Assembly: GCA_902796265.1 (NCBI GenBank)
Contig: CADBOG010000137.1
Coordinates: 5,243 to 69,242 of the forward strand
Origin: an uncultured Bacteroidota bacterium
Lineage (GTDB): Bacteria; Bacteroidota; Bacteroidia; Bacteroidales; P3
DNA length: 64,000 nucleotides
Reading direction: 5' to 3'
Part shown: in pieces, positions 38,822 through 47,619 of the stretch
Layout of the letters: each line of letters begins with the position of its first letter
Position numbering within the stretch: the first letter of the stretch is position 1
The notes under the pieces: generated by a model
Seen by the model: only the letters and a program-made list of their open reading frames with translations
What the model was told of the DNA's origin: nothing
Databases searched by the model: none
Program-made: the position numbers and the translations under genes

Positions 38822-40300
38822 ATGAAAAAAATAAAAACAATTGTTGTATCATTTGTTATCGCCTTGTTGCCGATGACAATGAATGCCCAACAGGCATCGC
38901 TTGACACGCTTATTGCCCATATCCGCGACCTGTCGTCGTCTACATTTGAAGGTCGTCTTGCAGGCACTGATGCCTATATGTCTGCAGCCGAATATGTCAT
39001 TGAGGCTCTTGAACGTTGTGGCGTTCAGCCTTATAAGGGTGAGTGGGCTCAATATTTTGAGACCGAATGCAACCAAATTGAGAATTGCACATTCAATAGC
39101 TATCTAGGCACTAAGGATGCAATGCAAGTGCATGTTCTTGGACGTGATTTCTGCTGCTCAGGAATGAGTGGTCGCGGTTATGCCGATGCATCAGTTGTTT
39201 TTTGCGGCTATGGTGTCGATAACGGGGCCTTTGATGAGTATTCCGATGTTGATGCCAAGGGCAAAATAGTGATGGTCCTTAGCGGAGTCCCTAGTTTCCT
39301 TCCCAGCAATGTAACGGAGAAATATTCAACCCTTCGAGACAAGGCTCGTGTTGCTCAAGCCCATGGCGCATGTGCTTTGGTTGTTGTTAATATCTCACCC
39401 GCTTGCTCTCCTTACGAGGTTCAGGGTGCTGTATATAGTGGAGAAAAACCTCATTTGGCTACTTTCCCTATTATTCAGCCCACCCGTGACTGCGGTGACC
39501 GCCTTCTAGTTGGTGAAAAGATGAATCTTCAGGAGGCCATCCAGCGCATTAATGAGAAACAGAAGCCTCAGTCCTTTCATCTTCAAAAGAAATTTGAAAT
39601 TGAGGTCAATGCAAAGTATCATCCTGCTGCTCTGACTGCCAATATTATAGGAATTTATCCAGGCTCTGATCCTAAGATGAAGAACGAGTATGTGGTGGTT
39701 GGTGCAAACCTTGACCATGTAGGTATGCAAGGTACTACTTGCCTTTTCCCTGGTGCCGACAACAATGCTTCGGGTGTTGCTGCTCTTTTGGAAACTGCTA
39801 GATTGCTGCAACTTTCAGAAGATCAGCCATCCCGTAGTGTAATTTTTGTATTATTCTCTGCTGGTGAACAGCAACGTTTAGGTTCTCAGATTTTTGTTTC
39901 AAATTTTACTCCCCTCAAGAACATTGAGGCATTTGTGAATGTTCAATCTATTGGAAGTGGTGACAGTATCTCTGTCCTTGGTAACAAGCGCTACCCTCAT
40001 CTTTGGGATGTTGCCCGTCGAGTAGATACACTTTATGGAACAAAAGATATGTGTGTGGGTTTCAAAACTATGCCTAAAGGTGATGCTATTGCATTCGACT
40101 ATGTCGGTATACCGAGTATTAACATCACCAACTACAAGGGCAACCGTCATCCATACGTCCCCAGCGATATACCAGAGAATATTGACCGTCGTTTTATAGT
40201 AAAAGCCACTCAATTGCTTTTCGAGACTGTTCTTGACCTATCATTTGGTGAGTATCAAGGTCGATCTGCAGCCTCCAAGCGCTTCAAGTTCGACGATTGA
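38822..40300 (+). CDS. M28-family metallopeptidase with PA domain, secreted
   Basis: Signal MKKIKTIVVSFVIALLPMTMNAQQ and M28 signatures GANLDHVG and DNASGVAALLETARLL. The track start at 38777 is GTG, so I prefer the ATG at 38822. Confidence 0.85.
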   Translation: MKKIKTIVVSFVIALLPMTMNAQQASLDTLIAHIRDLSSSTFEGRLAGTDAYMSAAEYVIEALERCGVQPYKGEWAQYFETECNQIENCTFNSYLGTKDAMQVHVLGRDFCCSGMSGRGYADASVVFCGYGVDNGAFDEYSDVDAKGKIVMVLSGVPSFLPSNVTEKYSTLRDKARVAQAHGACALVVVNISPACSPYEVQGAVYSGEKPHLATFPIIQPTRDCGDRLLVGEKMNLQEAIQRINEKQKPQSFHLQKKFEIEVNAKYHPAALTANIIGIYPGSDPKMKNEYVVVGANLDHVGMQGTTCLFPGADNNASGVAALLETARLLQLSEDQPSRSVIFVLFSAGEQQRLGSQIFVSNFTPLKNIEAFVNVQSIGSGDSISVLGNKRYPHLWDVARRVDTLYGTKDMCVGFKTMPKGDAIAFDYVGIPSINITNYKGNRHPYVPSDIPENIDRRFIVKATQLLFETVLDLSFGEYQGRSAASKRFKFDD

Positions 40301-40360
40301 TAATTTGTTGATAATAGTGATAACCAAATACGTTTAACTTTTAACACTAAACTTTAATCC

Positions 40361-42814
40361 GTGTTTGCACTTTTTAAGAAAGAACTATCTGCATTCTTTT
40401 CTTCTTTGATAGGTTATCTTACCATCATTGTATTCCTGCTTCTGACAGGTTTGATGCTTTGGGTGTTCCGTACCAGCTTCAATATTCTCGACTACAAATA
40501 TTCAGGACTTGATGGTCTATTCCTTCTTGGGCCATTTCTCTATCTCTTCCTCATTCCTGCCATTACTATGCGCATGTTCGCTGAAGAGAAACGCAACGGC
40601 ACCCTTGAGCTGCTTCTTACCAAGCCTCTCTCTGAATTCACTATAGTTGGTGCTAAATTTTTGGCAGGTTTCACATTAGTTGTTGTTTCATTACTGCCAA
40701 CATTGGTCTATTATTGGGCTGTTTACCGGTTGGGAGATCCGGTAGGTAACATTGACACTGGTAGTGTTATAGGCTCATATATAGGACTGCTTTTTTTGGG
40801 TGGTGCTTTTGTAGCTATAGGCATTTTTGCTTCTTCGCTTACTAACAATCAGATTGTTGCTTTCGTTGTTTCGGCTCTTCTTTGTGCATTTTGTTATCTT
40901 GGGTTCGACTCGCTCTATCAACTTATGAGTGGTCGCTTTGCCCTGTTGCTCCGTTGGTTGGGTTTAAAGATGCATTATGAATCCATATCTAGAGGAGTTC
41001 TTGACACACGCGACTTGCTTTATTTTCTATCAGTCATTTTGCTTTTCATGATGCTGACTCGCATGGTGCTTCAGTCGCGTCGTTGGCGCAAGAACAGTCG
41101 TCGCCAAAGTCTTCTTGGTTTCTCCGGTATTGTTCTCGTCCTTATTTTTGTGAACATTATCAGTAGTTATTTTTTCACTCGTATAGATTTAACTGCAGAG
41201 AAACGTTACACTCTCTCTGATTCTACAAAGAAGATGTTGCGTGACCTTGATGAACAGGTGCTCTTCCGTGTTTATCTTGAAGGCGATGACCTCCCCACAG
41301 AATATCGCCGTTTTCGCAACGATATTAAAAATATGCTTGACCAGTTCCGTGCCTATAGCCATTTTGTTGAATACGAGTTTGTCAACCCCAACGCTTTCGA
41401 AACTGATGAGGAAAAGCAGCAATTCTATCAGGTAATTGTGCGTAAGGGTCTTACTCCGATTCCTATTTCCACATCTGAAGATGGTGTACAGAAACAGCAG
41501 CTTGTCTATCCGGCTATGGAGGTTACCTACAAAGGTCGCGAAACAGCTCTCCAACTTCAAGCTTCAGGCGTAACCAATCGTTCTACTGACGAGGTGGTTA
41601 ACACCTCTATCGAAAACCTTGAATATAATTTCGTCACCGCCATTCATCGCTTGACTCGTCCTGTCAAGTCCAACATTGCTTTCTTGACAGGTCACGGTGA
41701 ACTTCAAGGGTTGGATATTTACGATATTCAGATGTCACTTGTCGAGGATTATGCTGTCGAGAATGTAGTTCTTGATAAGAATATAAATGCACTGACGGGT
41801 CGTGTGTTAGATACTCGTGATTCAAGCATCACAGTGGCAAACAAGTTTGATGTTGTAATTGTGCCAAAACCCATACGCACCTTTAGCGACCAGGATCTAT
41901 ACATCCTTGACCAATTTGTCATGTATGGTGGAAAGATTCTCTGGCTTGTCGATGTGCTTGATGCTGACATGGATAGCTTGGCTGACAAAGCCCAAACTTT
42001 TGCAACACGTTTGCCGTTAGGTCTTGAGGAGATGTTTTTCAACTATGGCATACGTATCAATCCCGACTTGATAATGGATTATCGCTGTCGTGGAATCCCG
42101 ATGATGGGTCCCGACAACCGTATGCAGCTTGTACCGTGGTACTATTTCCCGACACTTGTACCCAATTCCAAGCACCCCATTGTACGCAATCTCGATGTTC
42201 TTAAAACCGATTTTATCAGTAGTATCGACCTCATAAATAACGATATTGACAAAACCGTTCTACTCACAACGTCCGATCATGTGCATATAAAGAATGCTCC
42301 GGTCAACATACAGCTTGCTGATGCTATGGTTCAAGTCGATGACCAGCTATTCAACCGCAGTGGACTTCCTGTTGCCGTCCTCCTCGAGGGTCAATTCCAA
42401 TCACTTTTCCGCAACCGTCTGGCGTCTTCTTTCACTTCTATTAGCGAGATGGCATATAAGTCGCATTGTGAAAAGCCGACTCAGATGATTGTCATCTCCG
42501 ATGGTGACATGATTCGCAACGGTACAGCCATGAACGAGCAAGGACGTTATCCTTATCCTCTCGGATACGACCGTTACACCAATGTCGAGTTTGCCAATAA
42601 GAACTTCATCCTCAATGCTATTAACTATTTGGCCGGCGATGAGGGTATGATTGATGCTCGTCCACGTTCCATTGATATCCGTCGTCTCGATATGGCGAAA
42701 ATCCGTGACCACCGTGGTTACTACCAGTTCGCAACTCTATGTTACCCTGTTATTATCGTCCTTTTAGTCGCTGGTATTGTAATTGTCGTTAGAAGAAAGA
42801 AATACTCTAAATAA
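40361..42814 (+). CDS. gldFG: Fused GldF-like ABC-2 permease (aa 1-~243) and GldG-like periplasmic/accessory component (aa ~244-817)
   Basis: The N-terminus MFALFKKELSAFFSSLIGYLTIIVF...EEKRNGTLELLLTKP is a 6-TM ABC-2 permease. It is followed by a TM segment, a large soluble region and a C-terminal TM anchor (YPVIIVLLVAGIVIVV), as in GldG / ABC_transp_aux. It is a single uninterrupted ORF with a GTG start. Confidence 0.8.
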   Translation: MFALFKKELSAFFSSLIGYLTIIVFLLLTGLMLWVFRTSFNILDYKYSGLDGLFLLGPFLYLFLIPAITMRMFAEEKRNGTLELLLTKPLSEFTIVGAKFLAGFTLVVVSLLPTLVYYWAVYRLGDPVGNIDTGSVIGSYIGLLFLGGAFVAIGIFASSLTNNQIVAFVVSALLCAFCYLGFDSLYQLMSGRFALLLRWLGLKMHYESISRGVLDTRDLLYFLSVILLFMMLTRMVLQSRRWRKNSRRQSLLGFSGIVLVLIFVNIISSYFFTRIDLTAEKRYTLSDSTKKMLRDLDEQVLFRVYLEGDDLPTEYRRFRNDIKNMLDQFRAYSHFVEYEFVNPNAFETDEEKQQFYQVIVRKGLTPIPISTSEDGVQKQQLVYPAMEVTYKGRETALQLQASGVTNRSTDEVVNTSIENLEYNFVTAIHRLTRPVKSNIAFLTGHGELQGLDIYDIQMSLVEDYAVENVVLDKNINALTGRVLDTRDSSITVANKFDVVIVPKPIRTFSDQDLYILDQFVMYGGKILWLVDVLDADMDSLADKAQTFATRLPLGLEEMFFNYGIRINPDLIMDYRCRGIPMMGPDNRMQLVPWYYFPTLVPNSKHPIVRNLDVLKTDFISSIDLINNDIDKTVLLTTSDHVHIKNAPVNIQLADAMVQVDDQLFNRSGLPVAVLLEGQFQSLFRNRLASSFTSISEMAYKSHCEKPTQMIVISDGDMIRNGTAMNEQGRYPYPLGYDRYTNVEFANKNFILNAINYLAGDEGMIDARPRSIDIRRLDMAKIRDHRGYYQFATLCYPVIIVLLVAGIVIVVRRKKYSK

Positions 42815-42903
42815 ATAGTATCTAGTGTTGGTCAAAAGAATTACAATAATAATCTTTTATCAATCAAAATAAAAACTTAAACACCAAACTTTAAACTATC
42901 TGA

Positions 42904-43989
42904 ATGAAAAAACGTAAAACACTTATTTATATTGCTTTAGTTGTTCTTTTAGGTATTGCCACATGGATTATTGTTGCACTTCGTGGTCAGAACCATACTT
43001 TTCCTCAAGATTTCCAGATTGAAGCTGCTGCAATTCCTGGTGGTGTAGAAAAAATATTCATGGCCGACAAAGAGAATAACAGTGTTACCCTTTCGCGTGT
43101 TAGCGATTCATTGTGGATGGTCGATGATGAGTTTCCTGCAAACCTATCGTCTGTTAATCTTCTTCTTCGCACATTGTCTGATATGCGCATACGCAGTGCT
43201 GTCAACAAAGCCTCTGTCGAGAATGTCACCAAGCAGATGGCCGCAAAGAGTATCAAGGTTGAAGTATATTATAAGGATTACAGAATCAATTGGTTTAATG
43301 GACATCTTCGTCTTTTCAAACATACAAAATGTGAGGTAATATATGTTGGACATGATACACAGGATATGATGGCAACCTATATGTACCGTGAAGGAGATAG
43401 AACTCCATTCATTGTTAATATCCCTGGGTTCCGTGGTTGCATATCACCGCGTTTTTATGTTGACCCATATCTGTGGCGTAGCCATTCAATCGTAAGCCTC
43501 CCTGTGCAGCAGATTGCCTCTATAGAACTTGAGATTCCTTCAATGCCTAGCGAGTCATTTGCTGTCGTTCGCGAGGGAGATGGTTTCACTTTCAACCTAT
43601 TAAATCCTGCCACCAAGGTTGATGGTTTTGATACAGCCCGCGTTGCGCAGCTATTGTCTTCTTTTGTCAATCTTAATTTCGACGAGTATGCAAGGGTGGT
43701 ACCCCAAGTGGAACTAGACACTACATTCTCTAGAGCACCTCGTACTATTCTCCGCATTACCAGTACTGACGGAGATACTCGTGAGTTAAAGACTTACATC
43801 AAGTATTCTAACCCAGATGACCTTCGAGCCATGCCTGATACTACGATGTATCAGATTTTTGACCTTGACCGTCTATATGCAGTGCTAGACAACAAAGACA
43901 CAGTGTTGATTCAGTATTATACCTTCGACAATATTCTTCAGCCTGCATCCTTCTTTTTGGGTCGCGATAAAATCAATTTCGCGAAATGA
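42904..43989 (+). CDS. DUF4340-like protein (N-terminal TM anchor; typical GldG neighbour)
   Basis: 361-aa ORF with TM segment LIYIALVVLLGIATWIIV, directly downstream of gldFG. The family call comes from context and overall layout only. Confidence 0.55.
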   Translation: MKKRKTLIYIALVVLLGIATWIIVALRGQNHTFPQDFQIEAAAIPGGVEKIFMADKENNSVTLSRVSDSLWMVDDEFPANLSSVNLLLRTLSDMRIRSAVNKASVENVTKQMAAKSIKVEVYYKDYRINWFNGHLRLFKHTKCEVIYVGHDTQDMMATYMYREGDRTPFIVNIPGFRGCISPRFYVDPYLWRSHSIVSLPVQQIASIELEIPSMPSESFAVVREGDGFTFNLLNPATKVDGFDTARVAQLLSSFVNLNFDEYARVVPQVELDTTFSRAPRTILRITSTDGDTRELKTYIKYSNPDDLRAMPDTTMYQIFDLDRLYAVLDNKDTVLIQYYTFDNILQPASFFLGRDKINFAK

Positions 43990-44011
43990 TTGGATGAACT
44001 TACCTTAATTC

Positions 44012-44779
44012 ATGCCGATGAGACCTCTTTTCATGATAACCAATGACGACGGTGTCAATGCTAAAGGCTTACGATCACTCGTTGACGTGGTTCGCGATTT
44101 GGGCGATATAGTTGTTATGGCACCTGCACAAAATTCTTCTGGCAAAGCTCATTCTTTCACAGCTTCTCGACCAATACATGTGGAGGCATTGTCCAAATAC
44201 GAAGGTCTGGATATATATGCATGCGACGGAACTCCTGTGGATTGCGTTAAGGTCTGTGAACAGTATTATTGTCCCAGACGACCTTCGTTGGTGCTCTCTG
44301 GCATCAATCATGGAAGCAATTCGTCAATCAATATTGTCTACTCTGGTACTATGGCTGCTGTGCTCGAAGCTTCAATGTCCGGTCTTCAAGCAATAGGTTT
44401 TTCGCTACTCGACCATAGCCCTAATGCTGATTTCACACCGACACTTCCATTTATTCGTAAGATTATTGTGTCTGCTCTCGAAAAAGGGCTGCCACAAAGT
44501 ACTTCTTTGAATGTCAATTTCCCTGTACCCGACGATGGTGTCATCAAAGGTATGCGTGTCTGTCGTCAGTCAGAAGCTCGCTGGGTCGATTCCTATGAGC
44601 GACAATTCGACTCTAAAGGGAATGCATGCTACTGTATTGCAGGTCGTTTCGAATGCGACGACAATAAAGAAGGAACAGACCAATGGGCATTGGAAAACGG
44701 ATATGTGTCAATTGTGCCTACAACGATTGATTTCACCGCCTATAATATAATTGAGGAGATAAAAAATGTTTTTGAGTGA
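44012..44779 (+). CDS. surE: 5'/3'-nucleotidase SurE
   Basis: MITNDDGVNAKGLRSL and SGINHGSNSSINIVYSGTMAAVLEA. Confidence 0.95.
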   Translation: MPMRPLFMITNDDGVNAKGLRSLVDVVRDLGDIVVMAPAQNSSGKAHSFTASRPIHVEALSKYEGLDIYACDGTPVDCVKVCEQYYCPRRPSLVLSGINHGSNSSINIVYSGTMAAVLEASMSGLQAIGFSLLDHSPNADFTPTLPFIRKIIVSALEKGLPQSTSLNVNFPVPDDGVIKGMRVCRQSEARWVDSYERQFDSKGNACYCIAGRFECDDNKEGTDQWALENGYVSIVPTTIDFTAYNIIEEIKNVFE

Positions 44780-45050
44780 TTTCTTGAAACAGGATAAACC
44801 GGTAACAGGCATCGTTGTGACTATCGCTTCTGAAGTGATAGTAGCGGTGCTCCTTTGGGTGGGGTTACTCATTGCTGGTATCAACCCACTTGAACATCTC
44901 CGCTGGTTTGGCGCATGCTTCATACCTCCTATACTCTTTCTTCGATATTATGCCAAAAAGAAAGAGCAACCAACAGTTACAAAGACAATAATTATTACTT
45001 TCTTTGTCACTTTCTTAGTATTTATGTTTCTTGTAAGAAATGAATTCTAA
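44766..45050 (+). CDS. Small hypothetical membrane protein (3 predicted TM segments)
   Basis: 94-aa ORF with three hydrophobic stretches. It overlaps the surE end by 14 nt and the lpxB start by 11 nt, which fits a coupled operon. Confidence 0.55.
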   Translation: MFLSDFLKQDKPVTGIVVTIASEVIVAVLLWVGLLIAGINPLEHLRWFGACFIPPILFLRYYAKKKEQPTVTKTIIITFFVTFLVFMFLVRNEF

Positions 45051-46173
45051 AAAATACTATATCATAGCAGGTGAGGCCTCTGGCGACCTTCATGGTGGCA
45101 ACTTAATTACCGCATTACGTCAAAAGGATTCTAATGCTCAGTTCCGTTTTTGGGGTGGTGATCGCATGAAAGAGGCTGCCGGCGAAAACGGCACGATGGT
45201 GCGGCACATCCGCGACCTTGCCATCATGGGATTCATAGAGGTTATATCTCATCTTGGAACAGTGCTTGGAAACATCAGTTTCTGCAAAAAGGACATCCTT
45301 GCTTTCAACCCAGATGTTGTTGTTTTTATTGATTATCCGGGTTTTAACCTCAAGATTGCAAAGTTCACTCATCAGCACGGCTTTCGAAATATTTACTATA
45401 TCTCTCCCCAGATATGGGCTTGGAAAAAAGGCCGTTTGCGTCCTATGCGACGTGATATCGACAAGCTATGCTACATACTACCAACAGAACAGAAATTTTA
45501 CAAACCTGGAGTGATGCCGCAAGCTGTCTATGTCGGTCATCCTCTACTCGACGAAGTTGAGCGTTATCATAATTCATCCAACGGTAATTCACTTATCTCT
45601 AATGACAGCTCGCAGTCAAAAACTGTCGCCATTCTTCCTGGTAGTCGCAAAATGGAGCTTGGCCGCATGCTTCCTGTCATGCTCAAGGTTGCTGCTCGCC
45701 ATCCTGAATACAATTTTGTTGTTGCAGGAATGAGTCTGATAGGGGAGGAGTTCTATCGCAAATATATCCCACGCAACGCATCTAATATCGATATCATATT
45801 CGACCGCACCTATGATATCCTCGCCTCTTCATATGCTGCCCTCGTTTGTTCTGGGACAGCCACTCTCGAGACAGCCCTTTTCAAAGTGCCTCAGGTCGTT
45901 TGTTACCAATGCAACAAACTCTCTGCCGGTATTGCCCGTATTCTTATTGGAGACAGCATCAAATATATCTCCCTTGTGAACCTTATTGCTGATAGTCCTG
46001 TTGTCACCGAGTTGATTCAGAGCGATTTCAATGTTGACCGACTTGATGCTGAGTTTATGAAAATATGTGGCGACAGTCGTAAGCATATCTTCGATGGTTA
46101 TGCCGAAGTTGAACGCCTCTTAGGTGGCAAAGGTGCATCCTCTCGTACTGCAGAGATTATTGCCTCCTATTAA
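45040..46173 (+). CDS. lpxB: Lipid-A-disaccharide synthase
   Basis: YYIIAGEASGDLHGGNLITAL, VVFIDYPGFNL and SGTATLETALFKVPQVV. Confidence 0.95.
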   Translation: MNSKKYYIIAGEASGDLHGGNLITALRQKDSNAQFRFWGGDRMKEAAGENGTMVRHIRDLAIMGFIEVISHLGTVLGNISFCKKDILAFNPDVVVFIDYPGFNLKIAKFTHQHGFRNIYYISPQIWAWKKGRLRPMRRDIDKLCYILPTEQKFYKPGVMPQAVYVGHPLLDEVERYHNSSNGNSLISNDSSQSKTVAILPGSRKMELGRMLPVMLKVAARHPEYNFVVAGMSLIGEEFYRKYIPRNASNIDIIFDRTYDILASSYAALVCSGTATLETALFKVPQVVCYQCNKLSAGIARILIGDSIKYISLVNLIADSPVVTELIQSDFNVDRLDAEFMKICGDSRKHIFDGYAEVERLLGGKGASSRTAEIIASY

Positions 46174-46228
46174 TAATGATCTGTTACATTATTCTTTAAG
46201 GATTTTCTTATCCACATAAAATCATCTT

Positions 46229-47557
46229 ATGAAGAAAGCATTATGCCTGTTGTTACTTGTCGTTATCGCGACTGTTTCCTTTGCCGAACGTGTAACTGTG
46301 CGACTCTTCTCCAACAATCGCATCGAAGCAATATATGTCTCCTTCGACCTCGGTATCTACTCACTCTATGGCGATAGCCAACTACTTGAGCCAGAACTGG
46401 GAGAGGGTATGACTGTCGAGGTGAAGCCTGCATCTACTACAGGGGTTACCATCTCTGTCAACGGATACCTATATGGCACCTTCGAGACAGCTATTTTACG
46501 TGCCACCGACACAGCTTGCATTCTCTGTCTTAACCCAAAGGGGGTAAAGCAGCGCACCTACGAAGGCGATCTTCTGATTTCTGCTTTCGACAAGAATAAT
46601 CTAAAGATTATCAATGATGTGGACTTCGAAACATATTTGGCTGGTGTCGTTCAATCGGAAATATACGGCAAACAGAGTGACATCTTCCGTGTGCAAGCAA
46701 TCATATCTCGCACATGGGCTATGCGAAACATGAAAAAGCATCGTGCCGATGGATACAATTTTTGCGACTATGTTCACTGTCAAGCTTATCAGAACCGCTG
46801 TGTCCGTCCTGATATCATATTAGGTACTATGAAGTCGAGTGGTGAGACAATTGTTGACAAGGATGGCAACATGATTGATACTCCATTTCATTCAAATTCT
46901 GGTGGTCAGACAGCCAACTCTGAAGATGTATGGCGTGCAGCATTGCCCTATCTTCGTTCGGTCAAAGACACTTTTTCTTTTCATATGCGACAGAGCGATT
47001 GGACGAAAGTTATTCCTAAAGATAAGTGGCTCAACTATTTTGCCAAGACTCATAAGCTCAACACCAAAGATGCAGCTGTCCACAACGAGCTTCTTACTTT
47101 CACCCAAACCGAACGCAAAGCTAAGATTCTTGGTGTTCAGCTTACCCGTGTCCGCACCGACTTTGGGTTGAAATCAACCTTTTTCTCTGTTACTACCGAT
47201 CCCAAGAGCGGCGATGTCATTCTCAATGGGCACGGATATGGCCACGGTGTTGGTCTCAGTCAAGAGGGTACCATTCGCATGGTCGAACTCGGAATCTCCT
47301 ACGACTCAATAATTCGTCACTACTATTCGGGTGCCAGTATTCACTATGACCCTTCTGTCTCACAGCGTTATGTGCAGAATTTTGTCACCGAAATCACCAA
47401 GATTATTGAAGAGGACAAAGTGAATCCAGGCAAGAAGAAATCTAAGAAAGACGATTGGCTTGGCAAACTCTTTCGTGTTCGCGACCGTATGGATCGCGAG
47501 GAGGAATACGACCCCGAGAAGGATCAGAAAGAAGGCGACTGGAAAGTGGAGTGGTAG
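46229..47557 (+). CDS. SpoIID/LytB-domain protein with a charged C-terminal extension
   Basis: Signal peptide, then SpoIID-type segments YLAGVVQSEI, QAIISRTWA, FCDYVHCQAYQ and HSNSGGQT. An acidic/basic tail follows aa ~395. Confidence 0.85.
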   Translation: MKKALCLLLLVVIATVSFAERVTVRLFSNNRIEAIYVSFDLGIYSLYGDSQLLEPELGEGMTVEVKPASTTGVTISVNGYLYGTFETAILRATDTACILCLNPKGVKQRTYEGDLLISAFDKNNLKIINDVDFETYLAGVVQSEIYGKQSDIFRVQAIISRTWAMRNMKKHRADGYNFCDYVHCQAYQNRCVRPDIILGTMKSSGETIVDKDGNMIDTPFHSNSGGQTANSEDVWRAALPYLRSVKDTFSFHMRQSDWTKVIPKDKWLNYFAKTHKLNTKDAAVHNELLTFTQTERKAKILGVQLTRVRTDFGLKSTFFSVTTDPKSGDVILNGHGYGHGVGLSQEGTIRMVELGISYDSIIRHYYSGASIHYDPSVSQRYVQNFVTEITKIIEEDKVNPGKKKSKKDDWLGKLFRVRDRMDREEEYDPEKDQKEGDWKVEW

Positions 47558-47564
47558 CTAAACC

Positions 47565-47598
47565 AAAACCCACCCTCCATTTCGGGAGAGTGGGTTTT
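47565..47598. terminator. Bidirectional rho-independent terminator between the convergent SpoIID-like and nfnAB-like genes
   Basis: AAAACCCACCCTCC-atttc-GGGAGaGTGGGTTTT forms a roughly 13-bp GC-rich stem with one bulge. T-runs follow it on both strands. Confidence 0.8.
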
Positions 47599-47619
47599 CA
47601 ACAGGAACAAATATCGTTT

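Noticed and set aside
46208-46216. Perfect DnaA box TTATCCACA between lpxB and the SpoIID-like gene
   Set aside because: This is a single isolated 9-mer, and about 0.5 occurrences are expected by chance in 64 kb on both strands. There is no cluster of boxes and no AT-rich unwinding element.
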